From Actinomycetota bacterium (GTDB taxonomy: Bacteria; Actinomycetota; Actinomycetes; S36-B12): a stretch of 64,000 bases of DNA. The stretch spans positions 309 through 64,308 of the forward strand of contig WLOE01000001.1 of the NCBI GenBank assembly GCA_009699465.1, in the 5' to 3' direction. The notes beneath the pieces were generated by a model. It was not told the origin of the DNA, made no database searches, and saw only the letters and a list, made by a program, of their open reading frames with translations. Position 1 is the stretch's first letter. Every line of letters starts with the position of its first letter. The position numbers were made by a program, and so were the translations under genes. Positions 9,069 through 19,159 of this stretch are shown here, one piece after another.

Positions 9069-10529
9069 ATGAATCCTAGGGGAACCTTCCTGCGTCCAAG
9101 ACTGGTGGCGACATACCGTAGGCAGGTGCGCAGACTCCTGGTCCTCCTCATAGCAGTGGCTGTGGGTCTTGGCCTGGCCGCGCCCGCGGGAGCTGTCGTG
9201 AATGGGGCTGCCTCAACCCCGGGCACTTTCGGATTCCTCGTTGCTCTGCTGGACACCTCCCGCATGACCACTCAAAGTGCCTTCCAATCACAGTTTTGCG
9301 GCGGGTCTCTCACCACTCCAACCACGGTCGTCACGGCTGCCCATTGTGTTGTTGATCAACAATCTGGTGCCCGAGACCTTCCGACGAGTGTGATGGTGGG
9401 AATCGGTCGGTCACTCAATGATCCAGCGGTTCGCACGGTTGCCGTTTCGCTCATCACGGTTCACCCCAATTACACCATTGCAAACGGTGAAAATGATCTT
9501 GCCGTGTTGACCCTCGCCGTCCCCGTTACAGACATCCCCACCATCAAGCCGATCACTGCCTCTGAGACCGCAACAATGGAATCACCTGGAACAAAGGTCA
9601 CCGTTGCGGGATGGGGTGCATTGAGTTCTTTTGGAAAGACTTTTAGCGATGTATTTCGAGTTGGAGATCTCGAACTCATGCCGGCCGCAACCTGCGGACA
9701 GGGGCTCAACACAACAGTGAATGGTGTCAGATTCTTAGCGTATCAACCAGGTGAAGCGAACTCCGCAGTGATGCTCTGCGCTATTGGAGTATCCGCTAAC
9801 AACAGGATTATTGATAGCTGTAACGGAGACTCTGGTGGTCCTCTTGTAGCTGGAGACGGTGAAGCTCAACGGTTGGTTGGCGTTGTGAGTTGGGGAATTA
9901 ACTGCGCCACTCGACATCCTGGCGTTTACACAAAACTTTCAGCAATGACTGACTTTCTTAACATGACAGGTGCGATGGGTGCTTCAGCGCCACCTCAACT
10001 GTCGCTCACTCCTCTCAATCAACGTGTGCGAGTGACATTTGCCAAAGTTTCGCCAAATACGAACTTCGCTGCGTTCACAGCCACAGTAGTTGGAAGCACG
10101 ACCGAACAGTGCTCGGCGGCAGCAACGACCGACGGGCGTGCTGCATCATGCGACATCACGGGCTTAACAAATGGAACCCCGTATGTCATTACCGCCACTG
10201 GAACCGCCTCGAATGGAATTTCAACTGCCAGCCTTTCGCAAACTTCAACTCCAATTGCTGTCCCTTACGCTGGACGGATCAAAACCTCTGTCATCAAGGG
10301 ATCACAGATCTCACTGACAACAAGCCCGACCGTCAGCACAACTCAATTACTGGGTGAGCGAGTTGCTTGTCTTCCTGTTACCGGTGGAAGTGGACAAAGC
10401 GCGAAAGTCATGAAGGGTAGATCCGTTGTGAAACGGTTATCCCCTGGCGATTATCTGTGTGCAGTTACTGCCCGCAATGAAGTTGGTTCCGCTCGGGGCC
10501 CCGAACGTCTCATTCATATAGGCGCATAA
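9069..10529 (+). CDS. Secreted trypsin-like (S1) serine protease with C-terminal FN3/Ig-like domains
   Basis: Catalytic triad contexts TAAHCV, NDLAVLTL and CNGDSGGPLV. N-terminal RR-containing signal/anchor (RRLLVLLIAVAVGLGLAAPAGA). C-terminal beta-rich region with FN3-like GLTNGTPYVITATG. Alternative GTG start at 9105. Confidence 0.85.
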   Translation: MNPRGTFLRPRLVATYRRQVRRLLVLLIAVAVGLGLAAPAGAVVNGAASTPGTFGFLVALLDTSRMTTQSAFQSQFCGGSLTTPTTVVTAAHCVVDQQSGARDLPTSVMVGIGRSLNDPAVRTVAVSLITVHPNYTIANGENDLAVLTLAVPVTDIPTIKPITASETATMESPGTKVTVAGWGALSSFGKTFSDVFRVGDLELMPAATCGQGLNTTVNGVRFLAYQPGEANSAVMLCAIGVSANNRIIDSCNGDSGGPLVAGDGEAQRLVGVVSWGINCATRHPGVYTKLSAMTDFLNMTGAMGASAPPQLSLTPLNQRVRVTFAKVSPNTNFAAFTATVVGSTTEQCSAAATTDGRAASCDITGLTNGTPYVITATGTASNGISTASLSQTSTPIAVPYAGRIKTSVIKGSQISLTTSPTVSTTQLLGERVACLPVTGGSGQSAKVMKGRSVVKRLSPGDYLCAVTARNEVGSARGPERLIHIGA

Positions 10530-10545
10530 CCGATAACGTTTTGTT

Positions 10546-11721
10546 ATGGATCGACGTAACCCGCCGCTTGTTTCCCGGATGGCCCCTCATTCGACTTCCA
10601 TCTTCGGCGAGATGTCAAAACTCGCATTGGACCTTGGCGCGATCAACCTGGGCCAAGGGTTTCCGGATACCGATGGACCCCAGGAGTTGAAGGATGCCGC
10701 ATGGCGCGCAATTACTGACGGGCGCGGAAACCAATATCCCCCTGTACATGGAGTTCCCACTCTTCGATCGGCCATCGCTGACCACCAAAAGCGCTTTTAC
10801 GGACTTGCACTTAACCCAGACACTGATGTGGTCGTGACGACGGGAGCATCTGAAGCACTCGCTGCTTCCATGCTGGCGTTAGTGGAACCTGGTGATGAAG
10901 TAATCCTGTTTGAACCTTGGTTCGACGTCTACGAGGCCATCGTTGACCTGGCTCACGGCATTCGCGTTGGTGTGCCCATGAATAGTAATGGGTTGCGACC
11001 GAATCTCGAGCGGCTTTCAACTGCGATCACTGCGCGCACGCGTGTGATCTTGCTGAACTCGCCACACAATCCAACGGGAACCGTTTTCACTCGTGAAGAA
11101 CTTCAGTGGGTGGCTGACCTTGCGATCAAGCACGATCTCATTGTGATTTCCGACGAAGCGTATGAACATCTGTGGTTTGACGAATCGCGACACATTCCCA
11201 TTGCCACATTGCCAGGAATGTTTGAACGCACCATCACCGTTGGTTCAGGTGGCAAGACATTTTCATTCACTGGTTGGAAAATCGGATGGGCTAGCGGACC
11301 TGCCGACTTGATAGGTGCCGTGCGCACAGTGCGCCAACATCTCTCTTATGTTTCCGGCGGCCCTTTTCAATGGGCAATTGCCGAAGGCCTTGCATTTCCA
11401 GATACCTACTTTGAGAATCTGCGATCTGATTTACTCATGAAGCGAGATCTCCTTGGTTCTGGATTGCGTGAACTTGGCTTTGATGTGATCACTCCACAGG
11501 GGACTTACTTCATTACTACTGACGTCCGACCACTCGGTTTTACAGACGGCCTTGAGTTCTGTCGTGAAATTCCGCATACAGCTGGCGTTGTTGCCATTCC
11601 GCACCAAGTGTTTTGTGCCGATGTTTCGATCGGTGCCCCTTTTGTTCGCTGGGCATTTTGCAAGCAACCAGCAGTGTTACAAGGGGCACTCGATCGAATG
11701 GCTTCAACCTTTACACCGTGA
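10546..11721 (+). CDS. PLP-dependent aminotransferase, class I/II (DapC/kynurenine-aminotransferase-like)
   Basis: SIFGEMSKLA...INLGQGFPD N-terminus and PLP-lysine context SGGKTFSFTGWKIGW. 391 aa. Confidence 0.8.
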   Translation: MDRRNPPLVSRMAPHSTSIFGEMSKLALDLGAINLGQGFPDTDGPQELKDAAWRAITDGRGNQYPPVHGVPTLRSAIADHQKRFYGLALNPDTDVVVTTGASEALAASMLALVEPGDEVILFEPWFDVYEAIVDLAHGIRVGVPMNSNGLRPNLERLSTAITARTRVILLNSPHNPTGTVFTREELQWVADLAIKHDLIVISDEAYEHLWFDESRHIPIATLPGMFERTITVGSGGKTFSFTGWKIGWASGPADLIGAVRTVRQHLSYVSGGPFQWAIAEGLAFPDTYFENLRSDLLMKRDLLGSGLRELGFDVITPQGTYFITTDVRPLGFTDGLEFCREIPHTAGVVAIPHQVFCADVSIGAPFVRWAFCKQPAVLQGALDRMASTFTP

Positions 11722-14290
11722 CGGTGAGTTCCGACCCATCACTTGCTACACCGATATGCACAGTGTCTCCATCATGAGCCTGGCCACTAAGAATGACCTT
11801 GGCCAACTTGTCACCGATTGCCGTTTGCACAAGGCGACGTAATGGTCGAGCACCATAAGCGGGATCAAAGCCCTTGTTGACCAACCAGAGCTTTGCATCT
11901 TCAGAAAGATCAAGCGTGATGCGTCGATCTTCAAGGCGCTGCTGCAACGCAGCGATCTGAATATCGGCCACCTTCGTAAGCTGAGCGCGATCCAGCGGCT
12001 CGAAGGTGATCATGCCGTCGAGGCGGTTCAAAAATTCCGGTCGGAACTGCTGACGTACAACAGCAAGCACTTGCTCCTTACGCTCTTCAAAAGGCACATC
12101 AGTTTCAATGAGGAATTGACTTCCCATGTTTGACGTGAGAATCAGAATCACATTGCGGAAATCGACAGTACGACCTTGTCCGTCGGTGAGACGACCATCA
12201 TCAAGCACCTGCAACAGGATGTCGAAGACTTCTGGGTGCGCCTTCTCAACTTCGTCGAGCAACACCACCGAATAAGGGCGACGGCGCACTGCTTCCGTGA
12301 GCTGACCACCCTCTTCGTAACCCACATAACCTGGAGGAGCGCCAACCAATCGCGAAACCGAATGCTTCTCGGAATATTCACTCATGTCGATGCGCACCAT
12401 CGCGCGCTCATCATCGAACAAGAATTCCGCAAGTGCCTTAGCAAGTTCAGTCTTTCCTACACCCGTTGGTCCAAGGAACATAAATGAACCTGTTGGGCGG
12501 TTCGGATCTGAAATACCGGCCCGCGCACGACGGACGGCATCACTGACCTCTTGCACCGCTTCATGTTGACCGATTACTCGCTTGCCGAGTTCTTCTTCCA
12601 TCCGCAGCAATTTCGCAGTTTCACCTTCAAGAAGGCGACCTGCGGGAATACCCGTCCAAGCTGCAACAACCTCAGCAATATCGTCAGCCGTAACTTCTTC
12701 CTTCACCATCGCTGAACGCTCATTGGCTTCACTTGTTACTCGAGCAAGCTCTTCATCAAGCCCCGGGATCTCTGCATAGAGAATTCGGGAAGCCTGCTCG
12801 AAATCTCCTTCACGCTGAGCGCGTTCCGCGATCGCCCTCAGGTCATCGATTCGCACCTTGATTTCACCTACGCGATCAAGGCCAGCCTTTTCGGTATCCC
12901 AACGAGCACGCAAACCTTTGAGTTCTTCATCTTTATCAGCGATTTCATCGCGAATCTTTTTTAGGCGATCCTTGGATGGCTCATCGGTTTCCTTGGCAAC
13001 TGCCAGCTCTTCCATGCGAAGACGATCCACTTGGCGTTGCAGCACATCGATCTCTACTGGAGATGAGTCAATTTCCATCCGAAGGCGAGATGCGGACTCA
13101 TCCATCAGATCGATAGCTTTGTCTGGCAGGAATCGGGCCGTGATGTAGCGGTCAGACAGCGTTGCGGCAGCTACCAAGGCGGAGTCAGAGATGACAACCT
13201 TGTGATGGGCCTCGTACTTTTCTTTAATACCGCGCAAAATTGCGATGGTGTCTTCAACCGATGGTTGATTCACCAGTACTTGCTGAAAACGGCGCTCAAG
13301 AGCAGCATCCTTTTCAATGTATTGGCGATACTCATCAAGTGTTGTCGCACCAATCATGCGCAGTTCACCACGAGCGAGCATTGGCTTGAGCATGTTTCCG
13401 GCATCCATCGCACCTTCGCCGCCAGCGCCTGCGCCAACAACGGTATGAAGCTCATCGATGAAGGTGATGATTTGGCCATCAGATTCCTTGATTTCATCAA
13501 GGACAGCCTTCAATCGCTCTTCAAACTCACCGCGGTACTTCGCGCCAGCAACCATTGCTCCCAGATCTAGGGAGTACAAGGTTTTACCTTGTAGCGATGT
13601 CGGAACATCACCTTCAACAATACGTCGAGCAAGACCTTCGACCACTGCGGTCTTACCGACTCCAGGCTCGCCGATCAGTACTGGATTGTTCTTGGTGCGG
13701 CGTGAAAGCACTTGAATCGTGCGACGCACTTCCTCATCACGACCAATAACTGGATCGATCTTTCCTTCGCGGGCTCGAGCAGTGAGGTCAATGCCAAACT
13801 TCTCGAGTGCTTGGAAGGTTTGTTCTGGATCTTGAGATGTCACGCGTGCTGACCCCCGTACATTTTGTAGTGCATCAATAAGTGCAGTTGGCGTTGCGCC
13901 AACCTGAGCGAGTCGATCACTGACTCCAACGCCACCATCTTTGGACAAGCCGATGAGGAGGTGTTCTGTGCTGACATATTCATCTCCGCGTTCTTTCGCG
14001 AGATCTTGTGCAGCATTGAGCACCTTGTACGTGGCATTACTGAGTTGCGGAGATGAAACAGATGTTCCACTTGCGCTTGGAAGTGCATCAAGTGCCTGCC
14101 GAATTTGTGCAGTAAGTGCGGATACATCAGCGCCAACCGCATCGAGCAGGGCGCTGGCAATGCCTTCACCTTGTTGAAGTAAGGAATCAAGTACATGCAG
14201 CGGCTCTACTTGCGGATTGCCTTTCGCAGCGGCGATGCGCACAGCAGCGCCAAGAGCATCCTGGCTTTTTGTTGTGAATTGAATGTCCAT
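11711..14290 (-). CDS. clpB: ATP-dependent chaperone/disaggregase ClpB
   Basis: 859 aa. Two AAA+ modules with Walker A GEPGVGKT and GPTGVGKT, and a long coiled-coil middle domain. Starts 13 nt after the hspR stop. Confidence 0.95.
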   Translation of the reverse strand: MDIQFTTKSQDALGAAVRIAAAKGNPQVEPLHVLDSLLQQGEGIASALLDAVGADVSALTAQIRQALDALPSASGTSVSSPQLSNATYKVLNAAQDLAKERGDEYVSTEHLLIGLSKDGGVGVSDRLAQVGATPTALIDALQNVRGSARVTSQDPEQTFQALEKFGIDLTARAREGKIDPVIGRDEEVRRTIQVLSRRTKNNPVLIGEPGVGKTAVVEGLARRIVEGDVPTSLQGKTLYSLDLGAMVAGAKYRGEFEERLKAVLDEIKESDGQIITFIDELHTVVGAGAGGEGAMDAGNMLKPMLARGELRMIGATTLDEYRQYIEKDAALERRFQQVLVNQPSVEDTIAILRGIKEKYEAHHKVVISDSALVAAATLSDRYITARFLPDKAIDLMDESASRLRMEIDSSPVEIDVLQRQVDRLRMEELAVAKETDEPSKDRLKKIRDEIADKDEELKGLRARWDTEKAGLDRVGEIKVRIDDLRAIAERAQREGDFEQASRILYAEIPGLDEELARVTSEANERSAMVKEEVTADDIAEVVAAWTGIPAGRLLEGETAKLLRMEEELGKRVIGQHEAVQEVSDAVRRARAGISDPNRPTGSFMFLGPTGVGKTELAKALAEFLFDDERAMVRIDMSEYSEKHSVSRLVGAPPGYVGYEEGGQLTEAVRRRPYSVVLLDEVEKAHPEVFDILLQVLDDGRLTDGQGRTVDFRNVILILTSNMGSQFLIETDVPFEERKEQVLAVVRQQFRPEFLNRLDGMITFEPLDRAQLTKVADIQIAALQQRLEDRRITLDLSEDAKLWLVNKGFDPAYGARPLRRLVQTAIGDKLAKVILSGQAHDGDTVHIGVASDGSELTVTV

Positions 14291-14302
14291 CGTTGTCTTT
14301 CC

Positions 14303-14647
14303 TTATCGCTGGGAGCGCCGGTTAGGGCGCCACACCACAAGTGCAGTCGAGGACTTCTCCTTGTGAAATTCGCGCAATTGCGTCCGCAGCACTTCAACTT
14401 CTTCTTGCAGCACAAGAATTCGTCGAATGCCTTCAAGGGAAAGACCTTCGGAAGAGAGATCCGCGATCTCTCGCAAATGCGCGATATCTCGCGCTGAGTA
14501 AAGCCGGTTTCTTCCACCAACTCGTGTTGGTGACACCAGACCTAATCGGTCGTATTGGCGCAGGGTTTGTGGATGCAAACCAGCAAGCTGCGCCGCAACC
14601 GAGATGGCGAAGACTGGATGGTCATCGGCTACCTGGAAGCGATCCAT
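14303..14647 (-). CDS. hspR: Heat-shock repressor HspR (MerR family)
   Basis: 114 aa. MerR HTH FAISVAAQLAGLHPQTLRQYDRLGLVSP. Conserved position after dnaJ. Confidence 0.9.
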   Translation of the reverse strand: MDRFQVADDHPVFAISVAAQLAGLHPQTLRQYDRLGLVSPTRVGGRNRLYSARDIAHLREIADLSSEGLSLEGIRRILVLQEEVEVLRTQLREFHKEKSSTALVVWRPNRRSQR

Positions 14648-14648
14648 T

Positions 14649-15803
14649 TCACTGTCCTGCCAAAGTCATGAGATCTCGGCGAGGGTCGTGATCCTCAGTG
14701 AGACCTGCGTAGGTTTCAAGGGCCACCCGTGCTTCATCGCTGAGCTTCTGAGGCACTGCAACTTCAACGGTGACAAGAACATCTCCTTGCTTTCCGTCTT
14801 TTCGCTTAATTCCTTTGCCCTTCACCCGGAAAGTTTTCCCTGTGGTCGTGCCGGCTGGAATTTTCAACGTGACGTTGCCATCACGCGGAGTAGGCACGGT
14901 GATCTGTGAACCCAAGGCTGCTTCGCTGAAGGTCACTGGAGCAGTGAACGTGATGTTGTCACCTTTGCGTGTAAACAGTGGGTGCGCTGCCACATGGATA
15001 TTCACCATAAGGTCACCGGCTGGGCCACCTCGCTCACCTGGTGTTCCTTTACCTGCCAAACGAATACGTGCATCGTCTTTTACCCCGGCAGGAATGCGGG
15101 CTTGCACAGTCCGAGTTTTCATCGCTCGCCCTGCACCGCGGCACGCGGTGCAGGGGTCATCAATGAGTTGGCCGCGGCCTCGACATGTCGGACAGGTTTC
15201 AGGGAAGGCAAACCCGCCGGCATTACGTGCAACTTGACCTTGACCACCGCAACTTGGGCAGGTGTGAGGCATCGTTCCTGGCTTTGCGCCCGTTCCGCGA
15301 CAGCTGTCACAGGCTGCCTCAGTGCGTAGATTCAACGGCACAGTTACGCCGTCAAGAGCATCATCGAAACTGAGGTTCAACTCGGTTTCTAGATCCTCTC
15401 CGCGACGTGGCTGTGGAGAACGTGCACCACCGCGACCCCGGTTGAAAATCCCGCCGAGAAGATCGCTGAAGTCACCGCCCTGCCCGCCGAAGAGGTCATC
15501 CATATTGACGTTATACGAACCGCCACCTGGTGCACCTGCGCCATAACCGCCCGGTCCAAATCCACCTGAAGCAAACATCGTGCGAGCTTCGTCGTACTCT
15601 CGGCGCTTGTCTGTGTCAGACAAAATGTCATAGGCCTCGGAAACTTCTTTGAATTTCTCTTCAGCCTTTGGATTGTCTGGATTCTTATCCGGATGCAATT
15701 CACGGGCTAGCTTGCGGTACTTCTTTTTGATCTCATCAGCTGTGGCATCCTTGCTCACACCTAATGAGGCGTAGAAGTCCTTTTCAAGCCAATCCTTATT
15801 CAC
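14649..15803 (-). CDS. dnaJ: Co-chaperone DnaJ
   Basis: J-domain HPDKN, G/F-rich linker, four CxxCxGxG zinc motifs (CDSCRGTG, CPSCGGQG, CPTCRGRG, CTACRGAG). Confidence 0.95.
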   Translation of the reverse strand: MNKDWLEKDFYASLGVSKDATADEIKKKYRKLARELHPDKNPDNPKAEEKFKEVSEAYDILSDTDKRREYDEARTMFASGGFGPGGYGAGAPGGGSYNVNMDDLFGGQGGDFSDLLGGIFNRGRGGARSPQPRRGEDLETELNLSFDDALDGVTVPLNLRTEAACDSCRGTGAKPGTMPHTCPSCGGQGQVARNAGGFAFPETCPTCRGRGQLIDDPCTACRGAGRAMKTRTVQARIPAGVKDDARIRLAGKGTPGERGGPAGDLMVNIHVAAHPLFTRKGDNITFTAPVTFSEAALGSQITVPTPRDGNVTLKIPAGTTTGKTFRVKGKGIKRKDGKQGDVLVTVEVAVPQKLSDEARVALETYAGLTEDHDPRRDLMTLAGQ

Positions 15804-15816
15804 AATTCTTCCTTGC

Positions 15817-16374
15817 TTAGTCCGTTCCAGCTACGGCTACCCGAGCTGGGCGAAGCACTCTTCCTGCGTATCGGTAACCAACTTGGTACACCGAAATCAC
15901 GGTTGGTTCTGCAACTGCATCATTTGATTCACTCGTAAGTGCTTCATGCACTCCGGGATCAAATGGTTCATTTGCTTGGCCAAAGGTTTCAAGGCCGAGC
16001 TTCGTGCAAGTTGCTTCAAGTGACTCACCAATGGTTTTGAACGCACCTTCGAGTTCGCCGTGTTCACGTGCCCGATTGATGTCGTCAAGCAATGGGAGCA
16101 ATTCATTGAGCACACCACCGATTGCGTTTTCGCGACTTACTTCTCGGTCACGATCAACACGCTTGCGGTAGTTGGCGTATTCCGCATGCACTCGCTGAAG
16201 GTCACCCGTGAGTTCTGCAACCTTGGCTTCCACTTCATTGATTTCACCTTCGACCTCTGCGCCTTCTTCTGGTACGTCAGCAGTTTCCTGCTGACGTACC
16301 TCGAAGGTGTCCGGATCGATGCGGCGTTTATCGGTTACCCGAACGCCTACTTCGTCGGTTTCGTCGGTGTTCAC
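15817..16374 (-). CDS. grpE: Nucleotide exchange factor GrpE
   Basis: 185 aa, acidic N-terminus, coiled coil, C-terminal [14 protein letters not shown]. Overlaps the dnaK stop by 4 nt. Confidence 0.9.
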   Translation of the reverse strand: MNTDETDEVGVRVTDKRRIDPDTFEVRQQETADVPEEGAEVEGEINEVEAKVAELTGDLQRVHAEYANYRKRVDRDREVSRENAIGGVLNELLPLLDDINRAREHGELEGAFKTIGESLEATCTKLGLETFGQANEPFDPGVHEALTSESNDAVAEPTVISVYQVGYRYAGRVLRPARVAVAGTD

Positions 16375-18197
16375 TTGGTTTCGTCCTCATCAACAATCTC
16401 TGCGTCAACAACGTCGTCATCGTTATCCGCCTGTGCGTCGCCACCTGCTGCATCAGCAGCTGCAGTTGCTTCGTACATCGCTGCACCGAGTGCCTGGCTT
16501 GCTTGAGCAACCTTTTCGGTCGCTTCACGCATTGCTGGCAGATCATTGGCTTCGATTGCCTTCTTGAGCTCATCAAGAGGGCCGTCGACATTAGCCTTTG
16601 CATCAGCTGGCACCTTGTCGGCGTTGTCTGCCAAGAACTTTTCAGTCTGGTAGACCAATGACTCTGCAGTGTTCACCACTTCAGCTTCTTCTCGACGAGC
16701 CTTGTCTTCATCAGCATGTGCTTCTGCATCACGCATCATTCGATCGATGTCGTCCTTGCTGAGGGCTGAACCACCGGAGATAGTCATCGACTGCTCCTTG
16801 CCCGTTGCGCGGTCCTTTGCCGAAACATGCACGATGCCGTTGGCGTCGATATCAAAGGTCACTTCGATCTGAGGGATACCGCGTGGAGCTGGTGGCAAAC
16901 CTGTGAGTTCAAAGGTTCCAAGCCGCTTGTTGTAAGCAGCCATCTCGCGCTCACCCTGGTACACCGAGATCAACACTGATGGTTGGTTATCTTCAGCAGT
17001 CGTAAAGGTTTCTGATCGCTTGGTTGGGATAGTGGTGTTGCGCTCAATGAGCTTGGTCATCACTCCGCCCTTGGTTTCAATTCCAAGTGACAGTGGAGTC
17101 ACATCGAGGAGAAGGACATCCTTCACCTCACCCTTAAGCACGCCAGCCTGAAGTGCTGCGCCAATAGCAACGACTTCGTCGGGGTTTACACCCTTATTTG
17201 GTTCCTTGCCGGTTTCGGCCTTCACCAATTCGCTCACCGCTGGCATACGCGTTGATCCACCAACAAGAACAACCTGATCGATGTTCTTGATGTCGATGCC
17301 GGCGTCCTTCAGCACTGCACGAACAGGCTTCTTAGTGCGCTCAAGAAGATCTGCGGTCATCTGCTCAAACTGTGAGCGCGAGATCGTTTCTTCCAAGTGC
17401 AATGGGCCTTCTGCACTTGCAGTGATATACGGCAAATTGATTGATGTGTTCATCGAGCTTGAGAGTTCGATCTTTGCTTTTTCTGCTGCTTCACGAAGAC
17501 GCTGCATTGCCATCTTGTCTTTCGACAAGTCGACACCATGAGCGTTCTTGAATGAGGTCACCATCCAGTCAACAACTGCGTTATCCCAGTCGTCGCCACC
17601 AAGATGGTTGTCACCGCTGGTTGCCTTGACTTCAACAACTCCATCGCCGATTTCGAGGAGTGATACGTCGAAGGTTCCGCCACCGAGGTCGAAAACCAAA
17701 ATGGTTTGCTCAACGTCACCCTTGTCGAGGCCATATGCAAGTGCTGCAGAAGTTGGCTCATTAATAATGCGCAGAACATTGAGTCCTGCGATCTCGCCAG
17801 CTTCCTTGGTTGCCTGACGTTCAGCATCGCTGAAGTACGCAGGAACGGTGATGACGGCATCAGTGACGTTCTCACCGAGGTAGGCCTCAGCATCGCGCTT
17901 CAACTTCATCAAGGTGCGAGCACTGATTTCTTGCGGGGTGTACGCCTTGCCGTCAATGTCGACAGTCCAGCTGGTACCCATGTGGCGCTTGACCGACCGA
18001 ATGGTGCGATCAACGTTGGTCACAGCTTGGCGCTTGGCAACTTCACCAACGAGCACCTCACCGTTCTTTGCGAAAGCCACAACGGACGGAGTGGTCCGAG
18101 CACCTTCAGCATTAGCGATGACGACGGGTTCTCCGCCTTCGAGAACTGAGACAACGGAGTTGGTTGTACCCAGGTCGATACCTACTGCACGGGACAT
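16371..18197 (-). CDS. dnaK: Chaperone DnaK (Hsp70)
   Basis: 608 aa. [17 protein letters not shown] and [10 protein letters not shown] Hsp70 signatures. Confidence 0.97.
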   Translation of the reverse strand: MSRAVGIDLGTTNSVVSVLEGGEPVVIANAEGARTTPSVVAFAKNGEVLVGEVAKRQAVTNVDRTIRSVKRHMGTSWTVDIDGKAYTPQEISARTLMKLKRDAEAYLGENVTDAVITVPAYFSDAERQATKEAGEIAGLNVLRIINEPTSAALAYGLDKGDVEQTILVFDLGGGTFDVSLLEIGDGVVEVKATSGDNHLGGDDWDNAVVDWMVTSFKNAHGVDLSKDKMAMQRLREAAEKAKIELSSSMNTSINLPYITASAEGPLHLEETISRSQFEQMTADLLERTKKPVRAVLKDAGIDIKNIDQVVLVGGSTRMPAVSELVKAETGKEPNKGVNPDEVVAIGAALQAGVLKGEVKDVLLLDVTPLSLGIETKGGVMTKLIERNTTIPTKRSETFTTAEDNQPSVLISVYQGEREMAAYNKRLGTFELTGLPPAPRGIPQIEVTFDIDANGIVHVSAKDRATGKEQSMTISGGSALSKDDIDRMMRDAEAHADEDKARREEAEVVNTAESLVYQTEKFLADNADKVPADAKANVDGPLDELKKAIEANDLPAMREATEKVAQASQALGAAMYEATAAADAAGGDAQADNDDDVVDAEIVDEDETK

Positions 18198-18300
18198 AGC
18201 TGTCGTACTCCTTCATAGTTACCTGGCCGGGATGGCCAGAAGTTCAATAGCTCAAGTCTCCTCACCCTGAGGCCCTGTTGCAAGTCCTGCATCAGATCCT

Positions 18301-18318
18301 TTGAGTCGAGTGGACTCA
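18301..18318. promoter_or_regulatory. HAIR-like HspR operator (TTGAGT-N7-ACTCA)
   Basis: tTTGAGT-cgagtgg-ACTCAta matches 11 of 14 positions of the known HAIR consensus CTTGAGT-N7-ACTCAAG. Lies 104-121 nt upstream of the dnaK start. Confidence 0.65.
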
Positions 18319-18390
18319 TATCTATACAACTCAGGTACCGCAGGTTTCATTCCCGGCATCTTCAGGTTCTTAGAGTGATCTGTGTCACAT

Positions 18391-18417
18391 AAAACAAAAG
18401 CCGCCCCGAGGGGCGGC
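18391..18417 (-). terminator. Rho-independent terminator downstream of dcd
   Basis: 7-bp GC stem 18400-18406/18411-18417 (GCCGCCC/GGGCGGC), loop CGAG. Followed on the minus strand by TTTTGTTTT. Confidence 0.8.
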
Positions 18418-18432
18418 TGATGCGAAGGGCTT

Positions 18433-19008
18433 TTAGATCGAAGTGCGATGGAAATTCGCGAACGACCGGCTCGGGGTTGGTCCGCGCTGACCTTGGTAGC
18501 GCGAGCCGTACTTTTCCGAGCCGTATGGATGTTCGGCTGGGCTCGACAGACGAAACAAACACAACTGCCCGATCTTCATCCCTGGGTAGAGCAGGATCGG
18601 CAGGTTCGCAACATTTGCCAGCTCAAGGGTGACGTGCCCAGAAAAGCCAGGGTCGATGAAACCAGCAGTTGAGTGCGTGAGCAGGCCCAGACGACCAAGA
18701 GAGGACTTTCCCTCTAGGCGGCCAGCCAAATCATCAGGAAGTGACACCACTTCATAGGTTGAGCCCAGTACGAATTCCCCAGGGTGCAGCACAAAAGGCT
18801 CATCGCCTTCAGGCTCAATCAAGCGGGTCAACTCAGGCTGCTCAGTGCGAGGATCGATATATGGGTACTTGTGGTTCTCAAACACTCGAAACCATCGGTC
18901 TAAGCGCACATCGATGCTCGACGGCTGAATCATCGCCTCGTCATAAGGCTCAACAGCAACGCGGCCCGAAGTAATCTCGGCCTTGAAATCTCCATCTGAA
19001 AGCAGCAC
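18433..19008 (-). CDS. dcd: dCTP deaminase
   Basis: 191 aa. MLLSDGDF...[20 protein letters not shown]-terminus and [15 protein letters not shown] motif of Dcd. Confidence 0.9.
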   Translation of the reverse strand: MLLSDGDFKAEITSGRVAVEPYDEAMIQPSSIDVRLDRWFRVFENHKYPYIDPRTEQPELTRLIEPEGDEPFVLHPGEFVLGSTYEVVSLPDDLAGRLEGKSSLGRLGLLTHSTAGFIDPGFSGHVTLELANVANLPILLYPGMKIGQLCLFRLSSPAEHPYGSEKYGSRYQGQRGPTPSRSFANFHRTSI

Positions 19009-19159
19009 GGGACGAGGTTATCTAACCTCGGTCTTTATTGCACAGACGACCGGGGTTAATTCAGTGCAACTCACAGCACAGCACGGCAAAGTGCGAGGAC
19101 ATCGTCAAGTAGTTCGAAGCTGAGACAGGCAGTCCGATGGGATGCCAAACTGCGGAGTT

